Positions 6,977-12,995 of a stretch of DNA of 12,995 nucleotides are shown in pieces. How positions within the stretch are numbered: position 1 is the first letter of the stretch; each line of letters starts with the position of its first letter. This DNA is from Gemmatimonadota bacterium (lineage in GTDB: Bacteria > Latescibacterota > UBA2968 > UBA8231), in the NCBI GenBank assembly GCA_038128265.1, contig JAYPJE010000089.1:1-12995 (forward strand), given 5' to 3'. The notes under the pieces are model-generated. The model searched no databases and had not been told where the DNA came from. It saw nothing but the letters and a program-made list of their open reading frames with translations. A program made the translations under genes and the position numbers.

Positions 6977-8542
6977 TCAGCCCGCTGCCTGCAGGCTGCC
7001 TAGCACCGCGCGCGAATCGTGTTCGGGCACGTCGCCAATTTCGGCCATTTTATCGTCGAGCAGGCCGAGCATGCGTTCGACGATGTCGCGCTTATCCGGC
7101 GCGTTAAAGCAGTTAAATAGCTCAAGTGGATCTTCCTGCGTATCAAAGAGCTCCCAGTCTTTTTCCTCAAAGTCGGGCTGCTGTGAGCCGGGCGTATCGC
7201 ACGCTTCGTTATACCAGTAGATCAGCTTGTAGCGGTGGTCGCGAATGCCGTAGTGGGCGTAGGCGTTGTGATTGTGGTCCTGGTTCATCCAGTAGCGCTG
7301 GTAGGCCGTTTTTTGCCAATCTTTCGGCTCTGGTCCTTCGAAAATCGGCCGCATGCTGGTTCCCTGAACGTAGCTGGGAATGGGCGCGCCGGCATAGTCG
7401 AGCCAGGTGGGTGCGAAGTCGACGTTACTAGCCATCGAATCGATGATCGAGCCGGGTTCCACAACGCCGGGAAAGCGGATGAGAAACGGCATGCGAAACG
7501 ACTCTTCGTAGATAAAACGCTTGTCGTACCAGCCGTGCTCACCGAGGAAAAAGCCCTGGTCGGATGTGTAGATGACCATCGTATTGTCGGCGAGCCCCTC
7601 TTCGTCGAGCAGGTCGAGCAGGCGGCCGATGCTTTCGTCGATAGAGGCGACGGTGCGCAGATACTTCTGCATATAGCGCTGATACTTGAACTTCTTTAAC
7701 TCTTCGCGGTTAGCAAAGGTGAAAATCTCCCCCGTGCGTCGGCAGATTAACGTAAAGTCTCTGTATTCGGCTTCCGTCTCGGGAAAGGGCACCATCATCT
7801 GCGGTGTGCGTCGATGCATCAGCGCGTACTGCTGGTCTTTGCCCGGATAGTAGGGCTGCACGAGATCGAGGTCCTGGTACGTCATATCGGATTCAACGCG
7901 CATGCGGGCATGCAGGGCCGCTTTGGCGCGGTTGCTGTAGTCGTCGTTAAACGAGTCGGGATAGGGTATTTCGTCCGTATAAAGATCGTCGTATTTAGGG
8001 TTGTATTCCCACGAACGGTGCGGTGCCTTGTGGTGGCACATCATAAAGAAGGGCCGCTCCCTGTCGCGTTCCTTTATCCAGTTGACGCATTTGTCGGTGA
8101 TGATATCGGTGGTATAGCCCTCTTCGACGATGTTCTGGCCATTTTCGATCATATCGGGATTAAAGTACTCGCCCTGTCCGGGCAGGACGGACCAGTAGTC
8201 AAAGCCCGTGGGGCAGTGCTGTGGCCCTTCGTGTAGGTGCCATTTGCCGACGATGGCCGTTTGGTAGCCAACGTGCTGCAGGTGCTTGGCTACGTGCGGC
8301 ATGCGGTTGTTAAAGCCCGTCGCTAGCGAGGTAACGCCGTTGACGTGGTTATAGGTGCCCGTCAGAATAGCGGCTCGGCTCGGCGTGCAGATGCTGTTGG
8401 TCACGTAGCAGTGATCCAAGCGGGCGCCCTCGGCACCAATGCGATCAATGTTGGGCGTTTGATTGATGCCGTGGCCGTAGGCCGAAATGGCCTGTGCGGC
8501 GTGATCGTCGGACATAATAAAGAGAATGTTGGGGCGGGACAT
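6977..8542 (-). CDS. Cys-type formylglycine-dependent (S1) sulfatase, resembling N-acetylglucosamine-6-sulfatase-like members
   Basis: 'PNILFIMSDDH', signature 'NSICTPSRAAILTG', 'GKWHL', 'HHKAPHR', 'SDQGFFLGEHGWYDKRFIYEES'. RBS AAAGGA on the minus strand ahead of ATG 8542. No signal peptide is visible. Confidence 0.95.
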   Translation of the reverse strand: MSRPNILFIMSDDHAAQAISAYGHGINQTPNIDRIGAEGARLDHCYVTNSICTPSRAAILTGTYNHVNGVTSLATGFNNRMPHVAKHLQHVGYQTAIVGKWHLHEGPQHCPTGFDYWSVLPGQGEYFNPDMIENGQNIVEEGYTTDIITDKCVNWIKERDRERPFFMMCHHKAPHRSWEYNPKYDDLYTDEIPYPDSFNDDYSNRAKAALHARMRVESDMTYQDLDLVQPYYPGKDQQYALMHRRTPQMMVPFPETEAEYRDFTLICRRTGEIFTFANREELKKFKYQRYMQKYLRTVASIDESIGRLLDLLDEEGLADNTMVIYTSDQGFFLGEHGWYDKRFIYEESFRMPFLIRFPGVVEPGSIIDSMASNVDFAPTWLDYAGAPIPSYVQGTSMRPIFEGPEPKDWQKTAYQRYWMNQDHNHNAYAHYGIRDHRYKLIYWYNEACDTPGSQQPDFEEKDWELFDTQEDPLELFNCFNAPDKRDIVERMLGLLDDKMAEIGDVPEHDSRAVLGSLQAAG

Positions 8543-8652
8543 GGCGTCTATCCTTTGTAGAATGGGCCGGCTACAAGCAGGTTGGTCGGGCGCGATGATC
8601 GTCGGCTATTGGTGCGTTAATGGCTCAGTAAGCAGTCAAAATAGAGTGCGTG

Positions 8653-8658
8653 TATAAT
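8653..8658 (+). promoter_or_regulatory. Possible sigma70 -10 hexamer (TATAAT) in the sulfatase/lipoprotein divergent region
   Basis: Perfect TATAAT in intergenic DNA about 140 nt upstream of the lipoprotein start. There is no convincing -35 box at 17 bp spacing. Confidence 0.3.
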
Positions 8659-8757
8659 GGGGGCAAGGAATGGAGCGAACGCATGGAGGACTGCGCGTGC
8701 GCCGGGCCAGTATCAAGGCGGCATACAGGTCTTGCTACGGTCACCTATTACGCGATA

Positions 8758-8783
8758 TTTAAGTTGAAGAAAATCAATTTAAA
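8758..8783. promoter_or_regulatory. Inverted repeat containing an FNR/CRP-family-like box
   Basis: TTTAAGTTGA-N6-TCAATTTAAA (9/10 arm match). The core 8764-8777, TTGAA-GAAA-ATCAA, matches the FNR consensus TTGAT-N4-ATCAA at 9 of 10 positions. Confidence 0.45.
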
Positions 8784-8796
8784 AAGGACGGGTGCT

Positions 8797-9195
8797 ATGC
8801 GGCATATATTGCTATTTGCTTTGAGTATTTCACTGATGGGCTGTTTGGATGAAGATAAAAACCCGCTATCGACGCTGACCAGCGATCGCGACAAACTGAT
8901 CGGCACGTGGTACCTGAATACCGATGATATAGCGGCTATCATTCAGCAGGATGAGGATTTGTTGGGGCTCGAGTCGTACGAAGCGACGTTTGCAGATGAT
9001 GGAACCTATGTCGAGCGCTACACGATTATAGGAATAACGCTTGAGGTGGCGGGAACCTGGACGCTGGACGGCAACAAGCTGACCCAGGTTCAGGATGGAG
9101 ATCGCTACGAATACACCGTGGTGATTACCGATGTAGCGCTAACGTTGACGGATGCCGAGGGCATGACCATCATTATGCGAAAGAAAAACGGCTAG
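8797..9195 (+). CDS. Small lipoprotein with lipocalin-like beta-barrel domain
   Basis: RBS AAAGGA (8783-8788) before ATG 8797. Signal peptide 'MRHILLFALSISLMG-C' with lipobox. 'KLIGTWYL' GxW motif, 'TFADDGTY', 'GTWTLDGNKLT'. 132 aa. Confidence 0.8.
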   Translation: MRHILLFALSISLMGCLDEDKNPLSTLTSDRDKLIGTWYLNTDDIAAIIQQDEDLLGLESYEATFADDGTYVERYTIIGITLEVAGTWTLDGNKLTQVQDGDRYEYTVVITDVALTLTDAEGMTIIMRKKNG

Positions 9196-9225
9196 GCATT
9201 CCTCATCGTCAATTAGCGGCGGGAT

Positions 9226-9263
9226 AGCAGAGGCGCGGGTTGTTTCCGCGCCTCTGCTTTTTT
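9226..9263 (+). terminator. Rho-independent terminator between the convergent lipoprotein and trkH genes
   Basis: Perfect 13-bp stem AGCAGAGGCGCGG (9226-9238) / CCGCGCCTCTGCT (9246-9258), 7-nt loop, followed by a T-run to 9263. Confidence 0.88.
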
Positions 9264-9276
9264 GTTCTGCGCCCTC

Positions 9277-10812
9277 CTACTCGCGCGTTATATGGAGCCA
9301 GAAGCTTGGCATCAATAGCACGAGCAGCGTAGTCAGTTCGAGGCGTCCTAAGAGCATGCAGAACGATAGGAATACTTTGGCGACGGACGGCAGCGCGGCG
9401 TAGTTCTGGGTTGGTCCCACCTGACCCAAGCCGGGACCGATGTTGCCCAGGCATGCAATCACCGCAGTGATTGACGTCGTCAGGTCCAAGCCGAGATAGG
9501 TCATAAACAGCGAACCGCCGACAAATATGAGAAAAAAAGCAATGGTAAAGACGAGAATAGAATGCGATACCTCGGGAGCGACGACCACGCGCCCCACGCG
9601 TGTAGCAACGCGCATATGCGGCCTAAAGGTTTGGTAGATTTCTTGATATACCACTTTAAACAGCACGATAATGCGAGATACTTTCATGCCACCCGCCGTT
9701 GATCCGGCGCAGCCTCCCACGAACATCAGGCATAATAGAATAAACTTTGAGAATGTGGGATAGGCGTCAAAGTCATCGGTGCCAAAGCCCGTTGTCGTGA
9801 TGATAGAAACAACCTGGAAAGAGGCATAGCGCAGTGCCTGCCACACGTTTTCGCCTTGGTGGTCGTAGGTGTTAAATGTTATGAGCGCGCAGGCAGCGAA
9901 TATCAGCCCAGAGTAGACGTGTAGTTCGCTGTTGCGCGAAGCCGACCGCCAATGGCCGCGTATTACTTGGTGGTAGAGAGTAAAGTTTATACCGGCCATG
10001 AACATGAACATTGCAATGACCATTTCAATAGCGGCGCTGTTAAAGTGGCTTATACTGCTGTTGTAGTTGGAGTAGCCGCCGGTGGCCATGGTGGCGAAGC
10101 CGTGGCAAATCGCGTCAAATGGACTCATTCCGAGTAGAACTAGCAGCAGCGAAAGCACAGCCGTAAACGCGGCGTAGATCTTCCACATAGCCAGCGCGGT
10201 TTCGCGTATTTTCGGGTGCAGTGCATCGGTAATGGGTCCGGGCACTTCCGAGCGCAGCAGCTGTTTGGCTCCGACCCCGAGTTGGGCAAAAAGAGCGGTA
10301 AACAAAACGATGATGCCCATGCCCCCCAGCCAGTGCGTCATCATGCGCCAGAACTGCAGGCCGTGTGAGACGACTTCGACATCTTCTATGACGGTAGCGC
10401 CCGTCGTGGTAAAGCCAGACGTTGCTTCGAAGTAGGCATCGGCAAAGTGGTCCAGCGTGCCGGCGAGCCAATACGGAAGTGCACCGTAGATTCCGATGAG
10501 CACCCATCCCAGGCCGACGACGGCCAGCGCTTCTCTGCGATAGATGATAGATCGGCTATTGCGTCCCCACATGTATAGCAGTGCGCCGCTGAAGAGTGTG
10601 ATCGCTATGGAGAATGCAAAGGCTCTGGTCGCCTGCGTTTCGCCGTAAAACAGCGTCCAGCCGATGGACATTATCATGGCGACGCCGAGCACGGCTAATA
10701 GCATGCTCAGCAGACGAGCGATTACCCGCAGTCCCGTAGTTTTCGAGCGAACCGGAGAGCGCGGAGGAGTATGCAGCTTGGGTCGTTCCCGTTGTAATTC
10801 CAGCGTATGCAT
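9277..10812 (-). CDS. trkH: TrkH-family potassium uptake membrane protein
   Basis: Multi-TM protein with four filter motifs ('SGFTTTGAT', 'MATGGYS', 'ITTTGFG', 'LGNIGPG'), 'HWLGGMGII', the intramembrane loop 'GGCAGSTAGGMKVSR' and 'LLGRLEL'. Start is uncertain (ATG 10812 or 10830). Confidence 0.95.
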   Translation of the reverse strand: MHTLELQRERPKLHTPPRSPVRSKTTGLRVIARLLSMLLAVLGVAMIMSIGWTLFYGETQATRAFAFSIAITLFSGALLYMWGRNSRSIIYRREALAVVGLGWVLIGIYGALPYWLAGTLDHFADAYFEATSGFTTTGATVIEDVEVVSHGLQFWRMMTHWLGGMGIIVLFTALFAQLGVGAKQLLRSEVPGPITDALHPKIRETALAMWKIYAAFTAVLSLLLVLLGMSPFDAICHGFATMATGGYSNYNSSISHFNSAAIEMVIAMFMFMAGINFTLYHQVIRGHWRSASRNSELHVYSGLIFAACALITFNTYDHQGENVWQALRYASFQVVSIITTTGFGTDDFDAYPTFSKFILLCLMFVGGCAGSTAGGMKVSRIIVLFKVVYQEIYQTFRPHMRVATRVGRVVVAPEVSHSILVFTIAFFLIFVGGSLFMTYLGLDLTTSITAVIACLGNIGPGLGQVGPTQNYAALPSVAKVFLSFCMLLGRLELTTLLVLLMPSFWLHITRE

Positions 10813-10979
10813 AATGGACTCGTATTGCATGCGAGCAGAAAGCGAGACTGCTCGCGGTATGCGCAACGGCACGCGCTGCGCAATGAGTGGCGTCAGTGGA
10901 TTGTTGAATAGAGCAATCGCCTAGGCGGTGAAGGCCTAGGTGCGACTGTTCATGCAAGGAGAAACGAGCGCTGCTGGGA

Positions 10980-11246
10980 TTAAATCAGGAGGGTTTGCTG
11001 CAGTATAAACAGGCGTTGGTCAATCGGTTTGTGCGTCAGGGCAATTGCGTCGCGCGATTGGATGACGCAGCGGTGGTGAGCATGTTCTACGAACCCGTCG
11101 TGCACGAACCGTTCGAGTTCGTTGAGCTCCTCGAGGGATTCGCACTCCACCACCTCTGCCCAGAATTGGGCATTGGGATGCGCATTTTGGCTAAGAGCGG
11201 CTAGTAAGAGCGCACAGCAGAGGATGAGTAGACCCGTTGATTTCAT
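10980..11246 (-). CDS. Hypothetical small secreted protein (88 aa)
   Basis: ATG start and a signal-peptide-like N-terminus 'MKSTGLLILCCALLLAALSQNA'. It fills an otherwise empty gap on the same strand as trkH. The RBS is weak and I recognise no domain. Confidence 0.5.
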   Translation of the reverse strand: MKSTGLLILCCALLLAALSQNAHPNAQFWAEVVECESLEELNELERFVHDGFVEHAHHRCVIQSRDAIALTHKPIDQRLFILQQTLLI

Positions 11247-11299
11247 GGGCTCATGCCATTTTGCACAGCCGTTTTGCGGGCTGTGTCGCTTGGGCGAAG

Positions 11300-11315
11300 A
11301 CGGTTTGCAAACCGT
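11300..11315. promoter_or_regulatory. Perfect 16-bp palindrome, candidate operator
   Basis: ACGGTTTGCAAACCGT is its own reverse complement and lies in the divergent intergenic region 11247-11555. Confidence 0.5.
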
Positions 11316-11443
11316 ACCGGCGAACCGACCGGAACTCTACCAAAATATCGTCTATGTATATGGGTTTGGCCATACCCTTTTTATGCGGGGACAATGCGTG
11401 CAGCCGGAGTCGAGTCGGAAGGTAGATGGCTGTCTTTGGCCCT

Positions 11444-11464
11444 ATTGGCTATACATTGGCTATA
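11444..11464 (+). repeat. 10-bp direct repeat with 11-bp period
   Basis: ATTGGCTATA at 11444-11453 and again at 11455-11464. Confidence 0.6.
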
Positions 11465-11555
11465 TTGATCCGTTGTCCCGCCGTATAGCGAGGATCAGAA
11501 GCATCTGCTTTGGGTTTCTTTCCGTTTGTTAATGCCTATCAGTAGCAGGAGCACC

Positions 11556-12995
11556 ATGACCAATATCGTCGTAATTGTCAGCGATCATTTAACAACTCGT
11601 GCGGTGGGTGCCTATGGGGAGAGTGCGTGGGCCGATACTCCCAACATAGACCGCATTGCTGCGCGCGGTACGGTATTTGAGAATATGTATACGAGCTGTC
11701 CGCTGTGCGCGCCGGCGCGTGCCTCGTTCTGGACGGGTCGTTTCCCCCATCAGACAGGGGTCTTGTCCAATGGGGTGAGGGCGGAAAATCCTCGCGTCAT
11801 AGCCAATCGGTCCGTGCCCGAGGATATGCCTACCCTGGGATCGCGCTTTCGCGAGGCCGGGTATCAAACAATCCACTTCGGTAAGACGCATGACTCGGGT
11901 GCGCTGCGGGGATTCGAAATCGTTTCGGGTGGAGAGCGCCGGTCCGAGCACGTGCCAGTAGGCTATCCTGAAAACAGCGATACGTGGAAAGACAACTGGG
12001 CGATGGACCGCTTTGGCGAGTGGGCCGAGGGCGACCTTGCTAGCCCGTTTTTGTGCGTCGTCGACTTACAAAATCCACACAACATCTGCGGTTGGATCGG
12101 TGAGCATAGCAGCCTCGATGAGCCCGTTGTTCACCCTGAGCGCGCGGTCGATCTGCCGGAACTCCCGGCGAATCATCGGGTGGAAGACTGGCAGAGTTTG
12201 CCGCTGCCTATTCGCTATATTTGCTGCAGCCACAACCGGGCGGCGCAGACGGCTCGCTACAGCGACGAGGACTGGCGCTACTACATCGATGCGTTTCGCC
12301 ACTACAGCAAAATGGCGGACCATCACGTGGGTACGATACTAAAAACGCTGGAAGATAGAGGTGTACTCGACGATACGCTGGTCGTGCTAATGGCCGACCA
12401 CGGGGATGGGATGGGGTCGCATCAAATGGCGACCAAGCAGGTTTCGTTTTACGAGGAAACAGCGAGAGTGCCCTTTGTTGCCGCGGGGCCGGGCGTCCGC
12501 GCTGGGGCCCGGGTTGAGACGCTGACGTCGCTATTGGACCTGCTGCCGGGTCTGTGCGACTATGCGGGCATTGGCGTGCCAGATGATTTGGCCGGCGTCA
12601 GTTTTGCACCGCTGCTGCGCGGGGAGCAGGTTGAGCGGGCGTTTGTTGCCAGCCAGTGGTATTCGGAGTGGGGCTGTACTGTGAGTCCGGGACGAATGAT
12701 TCGCAGTGCGCGCTACAAGTACACGTCGTATTTAGAGGGCAGCGGCGGTGCAAGCGATCCAGCTGGGGGCGAAGAGCTTTACGACCTGGCACAGGATCGC
12801 GGCGAAATGGTCAATTTGGCGTCCGATCCAACCTATCGGGATATCTTGCTGCAACACCGCGCGCTGCTGCAGCGCCACCTGAACGAACAGAGCGACCCAT
12901 TCTATTCGTACGAAGTGGTCGCGGATGCGCGCTGGCGCTCACACGAAGCTGGCTATGGGCATCACCAGGGACCCACGGCGCCGATGGCGCTGCGC
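11556..12995 (+). CDS. Cys-type S1 sulfatase (choline-sulfatase-like fold), 3'-truncated by the window end
   Basis: Absent from the ORF track because there is no stop in the window. Manual translation from AGGAG-cacc-ATG 11556 gives 480 open codons: 'MTNIVVIVSDH...TPNIDRIAARG...CPLCAPARASFWTGRFPH...GKTH...NPHNI...ADHGDGMGSH...KQVSFYEE..RVPF...EELYDL..DRGEMVNLA'. Confidence 0.93.
   Translation, partial: MTNIVVIVSDHLTTRAVGAYGESAWADTPNIDRIAARGTVFENMYTSCPLCAPARASFWTGRFPHQTGVLSNGVRAENPRVIANRSVPEDMPTLGSRFREAGYQTIHFGKTHDSGALRGFEIVSGGERRSEHVPVGYPENSDTWKDNWAMDRFGEWAEGDLASPFLCVVDLQNPHNICGWIGEHSSLDEPVVHPERAVDLPELPANHRVEDWQSLPLPIRYICCSHNRAAQTARYSDEDWRYYIDAFRHYSKMADHHVGTILKTLEDRGVLDDTLVVLMADHGDGMGSHQMATKQVSFYEETARVPFVAAGPGVRAGARVETLTSLLDLLPGLCDYAGIGVPDDLAGVSFAPLLRGEQVERAFVASQWYSEWGCTVSPGRMIRSARYKYTSYLEGSGGASDPAGGEELYDLAQDRGEMVNLASDPTYRDILLQHRALLQRHLNEQSDPFYSYEVVADARWRSHEAGYGHHQGPTAPMALR

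Noticed and set aside
8650..8796. Longer start for the lipoprotein ORF (GTG 8650)
   Set aside because: The RBS and a lipoprotein signal peptide both fit ATG 8797.
8750..10800. Visibly more AT-rich lipoprotein/trkH segment as a possible horizontally acquired island
   Set aside because: No integrase, transposase, tRNA or flanking direct repeats are visible. Hydrophobic Ile/Phe-rich codons in trkH explain part of the shift.
230..10957. Many antisense and alternative-frame ORFs of 60-200 aa inside the called genes
   Set aside because: Expected in high-GC coding DNA because stop codons are scarce in other frames. None shows a recognisable motif.
10813..10979. c-di-AMP (ydaO) riboswitch ahead of trkH
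   Set aside because: I could not recognise the conserved ydaO sequence elements on the minus strand. Only generic hairpins are supported.
11122..11532. 136-aa plus-strand ORF and the nested short ORFs across the intergenic region
   Set aside because: No RBS or recognisable domain, atypical composition, and it overlaps the better-supported minus-strand ORF and the candidate regulatory motifs.
11589..12792. Short ORFs listed in the track within the last 1.4 kb
   Set aside because: They are shadow frames of the long sulfatase reading frame starting at 11556.
1..12995. CRISPR array, tRNA/rRNA, IS elements, defence systems
   Set aside because: I saw no regularly spaced repeats, cloverleaf motifs, terminal inverted repeats, or nuclease/transposase motifs.

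Overview
GC-rich, gene-dense bacterial window with about 11 CDS. I found no rRNA, tRNA, CRISPR array or mobile element. In order: a 5'-truncated M14-type zinc metallohydrolase (+); a tightly packed minus-strand run of four genes, transcribed as PhyH-family Fe(II)/2OG enzyme with an HxG motif -> canonical HxD PhyH dioxygenase -> alpha/beta hydrolase -> LamG-like/GH32 protein with altered catalytic motifs; a divergent nitrilase-family C-N hydrolase (+); a Cys-type S1 sulfatase (-); a lipocalin-like lipoprotein (+) with an intrinsic terminator; trkH (-); a possible small secreted protein (-); and a second Cys-type sulfatase (+) that runs off the window end and is missing from the ORF track. The PhyH/sulfatase/GH32 content resembles Latescibacterota, Poribacteria or PVC-type heterotrophs (inference only). 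The most interesting points are the halogenase-like HxG PhyH paired with a canonical PhyH, the GH32 lacking its acid/base Glu, and several candidate operator sites in the intergenic regions.
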